Below are positions 42,072 through 51,422 of a stretch of DNA of 64,000 bases, piece by piece; position 1 is the first letter of the stretch; every line of letters begins with the position of its first letter. The stretch lies in IMG/VR virus record IMGVR_UViG_3300042673_002246, one strand, 5' to 3'. The notes under the pieces were generated by a model. That model worked only from the letters and a program-made list of their open reading frames with translations, was not told the DNA's origin and made no database searches. The position numbers and the translations under genes were made by a program. The DNA comes from a virus.

Positions 42072-43606
42072 TGGCCTCAACCGGAACAATCAGACTCTTT
42101 ACTATTGGGTATACGGCTTCAGATTCGTTAAGCCTATTTAAGAACTACCCACTTAAAAGAAAGTATATTCAAGTCGAAAATACGTCAACACCTGTTTTCC
42201 CGGAATCGTATTCTCTCGTGTCTGCGCAAAAATACTGGTTTCCATTTGCTGAAGTAACACCATCTGACGAAGAATACATAACATATACAAACGGGGATGA
42301 ATATACATTTAGTGAACCAGACTTTCAACGGACCCCAGAGAATTCAGCAAATCCGAATAAGAATAAAGTAAATGACTATTCTGTCGGAGCAAGAATAGTT
42401 TTTGGAAACGAAGTCTACGAGGCAGTAAATTACAAATTCAACTGGTCAGACACTGAGTTTGACTATTCAAAAAATCCATATCTTTCTGATTCCATTTATA
42501 AATGGAAAAAACTCAGCGACTCATCTAACACTTGGATACAGTATTGGTATCATCCACAGTTAAAAAGATTCTTCCCATTGGCCAACACAAACGCGCTTCA
42601 GTCATTGCCGGACGTTGGGGACTTTGACGCATCAAAATGGTCATCTTTTATAGGTGACTCAGCAGACTTGAATTTGACGAATTTTACTAATTCGCAGATA
42701 AAAGAACTCGTGTCTGGTGGGCTATCTCTTCTTGCAGCTAAAACGATAGTACTTGATGCTGATACACGAATTTCTAAAATATATAGCGGAACGATTGCCA
42801 TGGATACGTTGCGCAAAACCGGAGCAATACAGAACTACGAAAATGGATTAAGCACAAGTGGAACAACGGTTGTGGTATCTAAATCAACCGGTGGCTCAGA
42901 AGGGGAGGGTGGTGACTACTCATACTCCCTAGACCAGCCCCAGATGGTGCAGTTTTACAATAATCCAGATGGTTCAACAGCCCCAAGACCAGCACGTTTT
43001 GTTTTCGATTATCGCCCAAATAACGTTTCATATTCAAACATTGGCGCTGAATGGACCGAGATTCCGCGAGTAAATAATACGCCTTTTGTTGACTTCAAGA
43101 ACTTCAAACTAATGAAGATTAGTTTCGAATTTTTGGTTGGCGACAACAACAACATCTTCACCTCATGTGACGAAAAATTACGTGAACTTCGTACTATGGC
43201 CATGCGGCCAGAACCTGTCATATTTTTAGGTTTTGACTCAATGTTCACCGAGCAACTCACCTACCCAACTTGGACCGGTGGAAGTGGAATCGTTTTTGCA
43301 ATTGTCGATATGTCAATTACTTCTGTTCAGCGAACAAGGTCAAGTAATGATTCTGTATTTAGCCAGACACCAACAGGTGAAATAAACAGAGCAACAGTAA
43401 ATATGTCAATTTTAGAATTGCCTCTAGAAACGCCGCTTATAGCAGTACTTCCAAAAATTACTCCAAGTACTTCAACTCCCGGAGGAACAACCAACAATCC
43501 AGATGACTTATGCACTCAGATATTCACTAAAAATCCAGGAATACCAGCGAATATTCGCGCAAAAATGCTGTCTACTGCTGGATGCCCTGGAATCCCAACT
43601 AAATAA
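42071..43606 (+). CDS. Tail tube initiator/baseplate-proximal protein with long N-terminal extension
   Basis: Position after TMP; C-terminal FVFDYRP..V.Y...WTEIPR...ISFEF...I..ATVNMSILE. Confidence 0.55.
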   Translation: MASTGTIRLFTIGYTASDSLSLFKNYPLKRKYIQVENTSTPVFPESYSLVSAQKYWFPFAEVTPSDEEYITYTNGDEYTFSEPDFQRTPENSANPNKNKVNDYSVGARIVFGNEVYEAVNYKFNWSDTEFDYSKNPYLSDSIYKWKKLSDSSNTWIQYWYHPQLKRFFPLANTNALQSLPDVGDFDASKWSSFIGDSADLNLTNFTNSQIKELVSGGLSLLAAKTIVLDADTRISKIYSGTIAMDTLRKTGAIQNYENGLSTSGTTVVVSKSTGGSEGEGGDYSYSLDQPQMVQFYNNPDGSTAPRPARFVFDYRPNNVSYSNIGAEWTEIPRVNNTPFVDFKNFKLMKISFEFLVGDNNNIFTSCDEKLRELRTMAMRPEPVIFLGFDSMFTEQLTYPTWTGGSGIVFAIVDMSITSVQRTRSSNDSVFSQTPTGEINRATVNMSILELPLETPLIAVLPKITPSTSTPGGTTNNPDDLCTQIFTKNPGIPANIRAKMLSTAGCPGIPTK

Positions 43607-43615
43607 TGAGAACGA

Positions 43616-45355
43616 ATGGCTGCTGACCTAACAACATTTGCTGGATGGCGCTACTCCCGTCAGTATAGGGGGCCATACCAGGGGAAGATTCTTATTGCCG
43701 ACCTGTCAAACACGTCATCAAATGGTTATGCGGACATTTCAAAACTTGTTACAAGTGTGAATGTTAGCTATTCGATGGATATGGCCTCTCAGTTGAGCTT
43801 TGAGCTGGTGGACCCAGAGCTACGCATGTCAGGACAAAATTTTTTCACTCTGGGCAGGGACATAATATATGAAACGCAAACACTTGGACGCATAGATGAC
43901 GGGTCGGGAAGTGCTGCGCTCGTTAAACAGTTGTTTGAGATTTCCAAGGTGACAGTATCCCAGGGCCCTGGCAGTAGTCCTACTTTTAGTATTGATTGCT
44001 ACTCCAAGGCGATACAGCAAATGAAGAGAGATAAACGACCCGACACAATCAAAGGGCAAGGAACGGATTTCGTTAGGCGTGCAGCTGCAAAATACGGTTT
44101 AAAGTTTTACGGACAAGAAACAACAAAGAAGCAAAATATAACAAAAGCTTCTGGAGAAAAACAAGCAGAATCATTGTGGGATGTAATTACCCGTCTTGCT
44201 GGAGATGCAAAATTTGTTTGTTTTGAAACTGATGGATATTTAATATTTGCATCAGAACAATTTCTTCTTCATAAATGGGGCACCAACGCAAGACAGGTAC
44301 CGAAGTTTACTGTTGACAAAACAACTGGCCAAAAGAAACAAACTGGTAAAAAAACGCAACGATGGATACCCCTTCAGTATCCTAATCAAAGTACGCCTCA
44401 ATTTCAGTATCTTGGTACACCAGGGTATTTTAAGTTGACACAATACCCAAGCATCACGAAGTCTGACAATGACCCGTATGCCGCAGATGGCTCCTGTGTT
44501 GTTGAGAGAACCAACGGAACGCAGATTCGACCAGGCATGACGGCGTATGTTGGCAACGTTCCGAACATGTCGGGTTTTTATATAATCGAATCTGTTTCAT
44601 TTGACGAGATGTCTTCAGAGCCAGTAAGCGTCTCTTTTAGAACGCCGCAGCGTGATGAAGAAAAGAATAAACCAAAACTTCTGCCAATTGGCGTCACGTA
44701 TCAACAAACATACGTTCCGTTTGCTGGGACACAGACCACTCCAGTAACTGTGGTCCAATCTGCAAAAAACGCAACAGGGAAAAAGATTACTTCAGAATCA
44801 CTGGATGCACGCTTACTCCCGATACCTGACCAATCAAACCAATTGCGTTACCCAAGAATGCAGTATGCAAACCTGACCATTACCTACCCAATGCTCAAGG
44901 GGGCAATAGCACAAGGCGGAGCAGGCCAAGCAAGCACAAATGATGCCGATTCAGTTCTATATACAGGCAACATAAATCTTTTCTCGCGTCCAGTTCTTCC
45001 ATCAGGGTCTGATGCTCTGACAATATTTTCAATTACATACGAGTTTGAATTCGGAAGTGAATGGAGGGCAGTATTGCTCCCGGCCATATATACACAGGGT
45101 GGCGTGGCCGTACTAAAGAGCAGCGCAGAAGTAATAGCTAAATATAACGCTGACGGGGGATATCTTGGAACAGCAAAATACCTTGCTGTTGTTCGTGGTG
45201 AAACTAAGCAAAAAGCTATCTTGAATGCTCGTGATTATGCATATTTACTATCCAAACAGCAGTCTCTGATACTAGATAAGCGTTTTCCTGAATACTCTGG
45301 GTCACGTGGTTCTATTCCAAATACGGCAGGCGATTCGACATCGCTATGGGTCTAG
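43616..45355 (+). CDS. Baseplate hub protein (gp27/Mu gp44-like) with C-terminal extension
   Basis: SMDMASQLSF..DP, ESLWDVITRLA...FETDGYLIF, IRPGMT...GFYIIESV. Confidence 0.7.
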   Translation: MAADLTTFAGWRYSRQYRGPYQGKILIADLSNTSSNGYADISKLVTSVNVSYSMDMASQLSFELVDPELRMSGQNFFTLGRDIIYETQTLGRIDDGSGSAALVKQLFEISKVTVSQGPGSSPTFSIDCYSKAIQQMKRDKRPDTIKGQGTDFVRRAAAKYGLKFYGQETTKKQNITKASGEKQAESLWDVITRLAGDAKFVCFETDGYLIFASEQFLLHKWGTNARQVPKFTVDKTTGQKKQTGKKTQRWIPLQYPNQSTPQFQYLGTPGYFKLTQYPSITKSDNDPYAADGSCVVERTNGTQIRPGMTAYVGNVPNMSGFYIIESVSFDEMSSEPVSVSFRTPQRDEEKNKPKLLPIGVTYQQTYVPFAGTQTTPVTVVQSAKNATGKKITSESLDARLLPIPDQSNQLRYPRMQYANLTITYPMLKGAIAQGGAGQASTNDADSVLYTGNINLFSRPVLPSGSDALTIFSITYEFEFGSEWRAVLLPAIYTQGGVAVLKSSAEVIAKYNADGGYLGTAKYLAVVRGETKQKAILNARDYAYLLSKQQSLILDKRFPEYSGSRGSIPNTAGDSTSLWV

Positions 45356-45366
45356 GAGGATAAGCA

Positions 45367-45747
45367 ATGGCTCGTAATAGACCGGACATCGTTGATAATC
45401 AAAAAGCATCATCGCACCCGCTTAAGGCTGGTCGGATATTCACAGCAAATGTAACGGCAGTCAATAGTTCTGGGCAAATTAGTGTTTCCATTCCTGCTAT
45501 TGGTTCAACATACGGTCCGATTACTCCAATTGGAACAACAACTCTTAACAAATACTCAGTTGGAGATGTAGTGAAATGTTCATTCACGGATGAGTTCTTT
45601 AATGAAATAATGGTTTATGGGTCTGCAAAAATAAAAGCCGACGTTTATGCCTCAAAAGTTCTTTTTGAGCAATTGCAGGCAACCGTTAGCGCTCTTCAGA
45701 CGCAAGTGGCAAATCTTCAAAGTCAACTTAATTCGCATAGTCATTAG
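45367..45747 (+). CDS. Baseplate central spike (gpV-like OB fold, coiled coil, terminal HxH)
   Basis: VTAV...VSIP...GP...VGDVV..F; ends LNSHSH. Confidence 0.7.
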   Translation: MARNRPDIVDNQKASSHPLKAGRIFTANVTAVNSSGQISVSIPAIGSTYGPITPIGTTTLNKYSVGDVVKCSFTDEFFNEIMVYGSAKIKADVYASKVLFEQLQATVSALQTQVANLQSQLNSHSH

Positions 45748-45758
45748 GAGGTGAAAAG

Positions 45759-46064
45759 ATGGACATGATTCAATTCCCGGTTCAATTTGATTCGACTGGT
45801 TTTAAAAAGCTAAGAGACGGAACAACTGACTATTATGCACAATTGCTTTCAATTATTATTCTTACAGAACCAATGACCCATCCATTCACTCCAGCTTTTG
45901 GTGCTAACGACCCTGCGTTTAGGACTGTAGATAAAGGGCTATTTGTTTTAAATGCGTCGAGGTATGTTCCAGAAATAAGAATAACCAATTTATCAACAAC
46001 ATCAAACGAAGGAAACACTGGTAAAACCAAAGTTTCTTTCGCTTTTGAAATACAAAGCTCGTAG
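45759..46064 (+). CDS. Baseplate wedge gp25/W-like protein
   Basis: IQFP...LTEP..HP.TPAFG..DP...YVPEI. Confidence 0.75.
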   Translation: MDMIQFPVQFDSTGFKKLRDGTTDYYAQLLSIIILTEPMTHPFTPAFGANDPAFRTVDKGLFVLNASRYVPEIRITNLSTTSNEGNTGKTKVSFAFEIQSS

Positions 46065-46071
46065 GTTTAAA

Positions 46072-47535
46072 ATGCCAGCAGATTTTTCAGAATACGTCAA
46101 CCTCACAATTTTTGACAAGGAACCAGGCGACATTTATCGCGACTCGATTGAGTTGGCTCGACTCAGCTTGCCTGAATTCAATCTCCGTACTGGTTCTCCA
46201 GAAGACGCGATTTTTCAGGCAATGGCATATGTAAGTGCGTTGAATATTGCTGCAATAAACAGACTTCCAAATAGGCTTATGGCAGGAATTGTGGGAATGC
46301 TCGGATTTATTCGCCAGGAGGCTATTCCAGCAGAGATTGATGTCACCATCACGCTCAACACATATGATGGCGGAACAATACCTGCTGGAACGGTTTTCAG
46401 CTTTGAAGCGTTGTTTGAAGATGAATTACAGGAATTTCCATTTCAGACAACATCTGCACTGGAACTGGAACCGACTGATTTGGAGATATCTGTAGATTAT
46501 CCGAGCGCATCAGCAACCATTGTGTGTTTAACGCCAGGAATTATTCCACCAATAGATGATGGAGCTCAGTTAAAAATACTTTCTTCTGGAACACAAATCC
46601 AAACAGTAACGGTTAGAACGCCTTCAAATTTTGCAAATGGAATTAACTCAGACTCAGATACAGACTACCTATCACGAGCTACAACTTATTTGCGTTCTCT
46701 TACTTCGTCCCTCACAAGAGCAACACAAGTCGACTCATATGTTCTTTCTGAATACCCAGACGTTATAAGTCGTGTCAAAACATATGACTTGACTAATGGC
46801 GATGATACAAGCGGCGACATAACTGTAAAAAGACAAGCCGGAGTCATAAAAACATTCTTGGATAATAACCTGGCAACAATTCAGACAGCAGCACCACACC
46901 TATTCATAACTGGTGACACAATTGAATTAGAGGTTTTTGACCCTTCGGTAAGTGCAACATTTAATGGCTTGCATGAAATAACTGCTACCGGTTCAGATAC
47001 GGTTAATTTCGTCAAAGTAGCAACAAACTCAGCAAGCACCACAGTTACTGCTTCTGCTTACGCTGGTCAGGATGTGTCTGGTTTCGTAACTGTTTTTGGA
47101 TATGGCCTAAACACTTATTTAACATCAATTGAAAAAACAAACGTTGTTGCTGACATTCGCGCAAAATCAGTTGCTGGATTAACTTTTGAAATGTTAGACC
47201 CAGAAATTTGCACATTAGAAATTTCTGGAGAAGTTGTGATAAGTGAATCGTATGATGCTGCATCCGTGGAGGGTGCCGTACTTAATGCGTTGGTCGACTT
47301 CATAAGTCCGGCAAAATATCCATACACCCAAGATAGAGTGAGACAGACACAGCTAATATCACTTATAAGCAATGTCCCTGGTGTGGTTTTTGTTGAATCA
47401 CTCACGCTCTCTCCAACTGGTTCCGGTTGGTTGCCACAACTGGGCAACGACTTGCTATTTCATAAAAAAGGCTCATTGCCAATAATTGCAGTTGAAGACA
47501 TTGACCTTACGTTTACGGTATTGGAAATAAGTTAA
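46072..47535 (+). CDS. Baseplate J-like protein (start revised to 46072)
   Basis: LPEF...SPE, IPAGT, NGINSDSD..YLSR, LISNVPGVVFV. Confidence 0.82.
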   Translation: MPADFSEYVNLTIFDKEPGDIYRDSIELARLSLPEFNLRTGSPEDAIFQAMAYVSALNIAAINRLPNRLMAGIVGMLGFIRQEAIPAEIDVTITLNTYDGGTIPAGTVFSFEALFEDELQEFPFQTTSALELEPTDLEISVDYPSASATIVCLTPGIIPPIDDGAQLKILSSGTQIQTVTVRTPSNFANGINSDSDTDYLSRATTYLRSLTSSLTRATQVDSYVLSEYPDVISRVKTYDLTNGDDTSGDITVKRQAGVIKTFLDNNLATIQTAAPHLFITGDTIELEVFDPSVSATFNGLHEITATGSDTVNFVKVATNSASTTVTASAYAGQDVSGFVTVFGYGLNTYLTSIEKTNVVADIRAKSVAGLTFEMLDPEICTLEISGEVVISESYDAASVEGAVLNALVDFISPAKYPYTQDRVRQTQLISLISNVPGVVFVESLTLSPTGSGWLPQLGNDLLFHKKGSLPIIAVEDIDLTFTVLEIS

Positions 47536-47537
47536 CA

Positions 47538-48749
47538 ATGGCTACAACACGTAACCTTTTGCCATACGATAGTGCGCTGCTTCGAGTAAATGATAGTGGA
47601 CAAATTGTTGAACTCGGCGCATATTCAAACGATTGGGAATCAACTAACTCGGAATTAACAATAGTTTCAACTAACTTTTTGGTTGATACTCGTTACGTTC
47701 TGCAATTAAACCCATCATCTACTGGTGAAATATTAGTAACACTAGAAGATGTTCCATTATATCTCGAAGACAATGGACGAATTCTTTCCTTTAATATGCG
47801 AATCAAAGCGCTGTCTTCTGTCGATTTATCAACAATGATTTATCTTGATGGTTCATCAACTGGAATTGAAGGAAATATTCAGTCATTTAGCAGCGGTGAA
47901 TACAACGCTATTCAGTCAAATAGAATAACCGTTCCGGATGATTCAGAGCTTCACACCTTAAGTGTAAGAATATCTATCACTGGACATAATGCGTCAAACA
48001 TATGGTTGACATGTCCACACCTAATTCACGACCTGGATTTCTACTCTAATGATTTCGTATCTGGAATACGAAATTTTCTACCTGATTTTTACTGGGAACT
48101 TGACTCATCTCAGTCATATCCGACTTATCCTTTTTTTAGACTTATTGACGTGCTTACATCTGCTGCTGGTGACACAAAATCTGAATACGAAGAGATGTAC
48201 GGTCTTGAGGCCGAAGAGCTGGTAACACAGGACGAGGGAATTCTCAGTTGGGTTCAGAGTTCGCTTGTTTCTCCATCAGCGGCTCGAGACGCGTATTTGA
48301 GTTGGCTGGCTCAATTCAATGGGGAAAGAATCCATCGTAACTTTCAGTTATCTGATGGGACTCTTTATTTCAATAACGCCGGTCTTCAGCGAGACTTTGT
48401 GGAGTGGCAGCTCTATGGGAGCCATTATGGAAGAGGTGCTGGGACAAGACATGCAATGATTGAATCTGCAAAACAGATGACAATCAGGACAAAAGATGGA
48501 GAGGCTTCCACACAGTCTGTTTCGTTGACGCCATATTTCGGTGGAGACCCTTTTGCGATTCGCATTCAGACGCTAACAAACGAAACAATTGATGCAAATG
48601 TCGGTGAATCAAGCGATGCCATACTCCAATCAGTGAATATGGCTAGACCTATGGGATACGTGGTTACTCACCAAACTATTGACGAATTCTTCTTAACACT
48701 TGATGACGTCACGTATGGTTTGCTTGATGGAAGCATCTCGTTCGGGTGA
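47538..48749 (+). CDS. Baseplate wedge protein (P2 I/gp7-like) with N-terminal beta-sandwich
   Basis: LPDFY..LD, YLSWLAQFNG, RGAGT, ARPMG. Confidence 0.65.
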   Translation: MATTRNLLPYDSALLRVNDSGQIVELGAYSNDWESTNSELTIVSTNFLVDTRYVLQLNPSSTGEILVTLEDVPLYLEDNGRILSFNMRIKALSSVDLSTMIYLDGSSTGIEGNIQSFSSGEYNAIQSNRITVPDDSELHTLSVRISITGHNASNIWLTCPHLIHDLDFYSNDFVSGIRNFLPDFYWELDSSQSYPTYPFFRLIDVLTSAAGDTKSEYEEMYGLEAEELVTQDEGILSWVQSSLVSPSAARDAYLSWLAQFNGERIHRNFQLSDGTLYFNNAGLQRDFVEWQLYGSHYGRGAGTRHAMIESAKQMTIRTKDGEASTQSVSLTPYFGGDPFAIRIQTLTNETIDANVGESSDAILQSVNMARPMGYVVTHQTIDEFFLTLDDVTYGLLDGSISFG

Positions 48750-48765
48750 CCAGTATGAAACATAA

Positions 48766-48774
48766 TGCTAAAAT
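48766..48774 (+). promoter_or_regulatory. Extended -10 promoter candidate (TGcTAAAAT) for fibre genes
   Basis: TGn-TAAAAT upstream of the AGGAG RBS of 48803. Confidence 0.5.
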
Positions 48775-48802
48775 AAAACACAATAATTTAGGAGATTTCT
48801 AA

Positions 48803-49825
48803 ATGGCCGGTACAGGTGTAAGACTATTTCTATCTGGTGATACTGCATATGCAGCAGACATAAACACGTATCTCATGGACCAGGTGGTTGCGCGTTTCGC
48901 GACCACAGCAGCGCGCGATGCGGCGTTTGGCGACGGAATTCCCGTATCCCAAGGAGGAAGCGGCAAGCCAGCGCTGTCCGAAGGCCGCATTTGTTATATC
49001 GATGAATTGAACTTAATTCAATATTACAACGGCGCTTCGTGGCAGGACTCAGCGCAATTTACGGTTGGAGATGGTGCAATCACCACGCAAAAGCTAGCTG
49101 CCAACTCTGTAACATCTGACAAAATTGCCCCAGGCACGGTAATAGCAGCAGATATTGCTGCTGGGACAATTACCGCAACAGAACTAGCAGATGGTGCTGT
49201 TACATCAGGAAAGATTCTTGACGGAACGATTGTCAACGCTGATATAAACACTTCGGCGGCAATTGCATACAGCAAGTTGAACCTAGCAACATCTATCGTT
49301 AATGCTGATATAAATGCTTCTGCTGCGATAGATAAAACCAAAATATCTGGAACAGCTGTGACCCTGGCTGACACTGGAGTGATTACCAGTGCGATGATTG
49401 AAAACGATTCGATTGTCAATGCCGACATCAAGAGTAACGCAGCAATTGCTTATAGCAAATTGAGTCTGTCTGGTTCGATTACGACAACAGATTTAGCTAC
49501 TGGTGCAGCTCGCTCTGGGTTTAGGTCACCGATTGTTGCTCAGCAAGGTGCGACACACACAATTGCGGCTTCCGATGTTGGTGGTTTAGTGGTGCTTTCG
49601 TCTTGTACTTCGGTTGTCATACCAACCTCTGATGCAACATTTACAGTTGGGGACAGAATAGATTTTCTTCAAACAGGCACACAAGTAGTTACATTTAGCG
49701 CCACATCCCCACAAACCGTTGGCGGGTTTGACGCTCAATTAAAACTTGGAGGACAGTTCGCAGTTGCAACACTTGTAAAGTATGCAGCAAATACATGGGT
49801 TCTAGTTGGAAATATAACGAGTTAA
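48803..49825 (+). CDS. Tail fibre protein with 10-aa shaft repeats
   Basis: DGAITTQKLA/ANSVTSDKIA/DGAVTSGKIL and IVNADI...AAIAYSKL repeats; C-terminal beta domain ending WVLVGNI. Confidence 0.75.
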   Translation: MAGTGVRLFLSGDTAYAADINTYLMDQVVARFATTAARDAAFGDGIPVSQGGSGKPALSEGRICYIDELNLIQYYNGASWQDSAQFTVGDGAITTQKLAANSVTSDKIAPGTVIAADIAAGTITATELADGAVTSGKILDGTIVNADINTSAAIAYSKLNLATSIVNADINASAAIDKTKISGTAVTLADTGVITSAMIENDSIVNADIKSNAAIAYSKLSLSGSITTTDLATGAARSGFRSPIVAQQGATHTIAASDVGGLVVLSSCTSVVIPTSDATFTVGDRIDFLQTGTQVVTFSATSPQTVGGFDAQLKLGGQFAVATLVKYAANTWVLVGNITS

Positions 49826-49826
49826 C

Positions 49827-50927
49827 ATGATTCCTGGAATAGTTGAGGCAGGTGGGGGCAGAATCCTCCCAACAACGTCTGACGATTTTAATCGCGCAAA
49901 CAGCACAGACATTACTGCTGCTGGAAAAAAATGGACAGAGACAAGTGGTGACTGGGCAATCACCAGTAACCAACTGACCACCTCAACCGCCGCAGCTAGC
50001 TACCCGATAGCCACATTGCGAACTAATACAAAAAACGCAACAGTTAAAGTTGACAGAGCAAACGGGGATGGATGGGGTGCTGCATTCTGGGTGGTGGACC
50101 AAAACAACTGGTTTGCCGCCAACACGGAGATGACGCAATCAAGTGTTCAAAACCCTGCTACTAGCGGCAGCTATGAACAGCAAACATTTACCGGAAACAC
50201 GTGTAGCGGTGGGAAAATATATAACGGCGACAGTTCGTTCCCCCCGTTTGGTGGAACTTGCTACGACGTAGTTTGTATTAGTTACTCTGGGGGAACACCT
50301 GCAACGTATGAATATCGAACACCATCAGGACTGTCTTGCTATCAGGATGGAATCCATTGTGGTGGTGGTTATGTTCTCTATGGCTATCAAGCCGGAGACG
50401 AATACCTCTGCGGTGGAACGTGTTGCTGCTCACTCGTAATGACAGACCCAGGAACGCCAGGGACATGCAATGAATATCAAATTCAAAACTGTTGTATATA
50501 TCTTGATGCAACTGACCCTGGTTGCCCTGGTGCCTGCAATGGACAAAGCCCAAGACCGCAGTACACGACCACGACGGTATACTACACAAATCCTGAAACA
50601 AGAACCTGGACATACTCGCAAAAAGCAATAATAAGAAAAGCCGTTGCTGGAACGGTTTCGATTGTTGCAAATACGAACACAGTCACATCTACCGAGACGG
50701 TTGCCGCGGCTGGGGCTGCTGGTAACCCAACAAGACCAACTTCACTAACCGTAACACTAGTCGGTGAAAGTATATCAATTTCAGCACCAGGGGCAGCAGG
50801 CGGAACAATAACAGGAAGCCATACCGCAACGGGGGCCAATAGAGGCAAAAAACATGGCGTTTCTATTGCTCCAGCGACAGTCTCTCAGTCAAATGCTGTC
50901 GACAACTTTGTGTATACTAAACCGTAA
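49827..50927 (+). CDS. Putative receptor-binding/fibre-tip protein: beta-sandwich with 14-Cys insertion
   Basis: DDFNRAN...W...SGDW.I...GAAFWV.D..NW and KKHG...VDNF flank a Cys-rich segment (50202-50537). Confidence 0.65.
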   Translation: MIPGIVEAGGGRILPTTSDDFNRANSTDITAAGKKWTETSGDWAITSNQLTTSTAAASYPIATLRTNTKNATVKVDRANGDGWGAAFWVVDQNNWFAANTEMTQSSVQNPATSGSYEQQTFTGNTCSGGKIYNGDSSFPPFGGTCYDVVCISYSGGTPATYEYRTPSGLSCYQDGIHCGGGYVLYGYQAGDEYLCGGTCCCSLVMTDPGTPGTCNEYQIQNCCIYLDATDPGCPGACNGQSPRPQYTTTTVYYTNPETRTWTYSQKAIIRKAVAGTVSIVANTNTVTSTETVAAAGAAGNPTRPTSLTVTLVGESISISAPGAAGGTITGSHTATGANRGKKHGVSIAPATVSQSNAVDNFVYTKP

Positions 50928-51085
50928 TGAGCGACACAGCAGTTAATTACGGGGAAGAGCGATTGAAGATATGCTTGGGGTGCCCGCGTTTATTCAGGCC
51001 GACAATGACCTGTAAGGAATGTGGTTGCTTCATGAAAGTAAAAACGAGACTTAAAACGGCAAAGTGCCCAATAGGAAAGTGGTAA
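50927..51085 (+). CDS. 52-aa Cys-rich protein, DUF6171-like
   Basis: Hand translation MSDTAVNYGEERLKICLGCPRLFRPTMTCKECGCFMKVKTRLKTAKCPIGKW; TAATG coupling; below track cutoff. Confidence 0.8.
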   Translation: MSDTAVNYGEERLKICLGCPRLFRPTMTCKECGCFMKVKTRLKTAKCPIGKW

Positions 51086-51089
51086 AAAC

Positions 51090-51422
51090 ATGGCTTTTAC
51101 AATAATCACAACAACAAATGGTCCAGTGGTTAAGAGTGGTACGAATCACTACACGCTCCACGATATTGCTGCATGTATTGATATTGCTGAAACAAACGCA
51201 ACTTTTGTTGACGAAATGGGCACTCACATTGCCAATGAGTTGATGGCCGCAGCCACGGAATGGACGGAAGCATTTGTCGGCGGACTGCAACCATCACAGA
51301 ACAAAGTTGTTTACTACATGAACTCTGGGGCGCATTTCAAAATGTTTGTCCAGCAGTATGATATGTACAAGCGGAACATGGAAAATCCACCGCCTGCGAG
51401 CGCCTCGGTTGTCGTTGAGTAA
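51090..51422 (+). CDS. Hypothetical protein
   Basis: 110-aa ORF in the fibre operon. Confidence 0.65.
   Translation: MAFTIITTTNGPVVKSGTNHYTLHDIAACIDIAETNATFVDEMGTHIANELMAAATEWTEAFVGGLQPSQNKVVYYMNSGAHFKMFVQQYDMYKRNMENPPPASASVVVE

Noticed and set aside
46575-47900. LSSG/FSSG in baseplate proteins as part of the polyprotein signal
   Set aside because: Single copies inside apparently folded domains without basic linkers; consistent with background
48803-51085. Diversity-generating retroelement acting on fibre genes
   Set aside because: No reverse transcriptase and no template/variable repeat pair seen in this window
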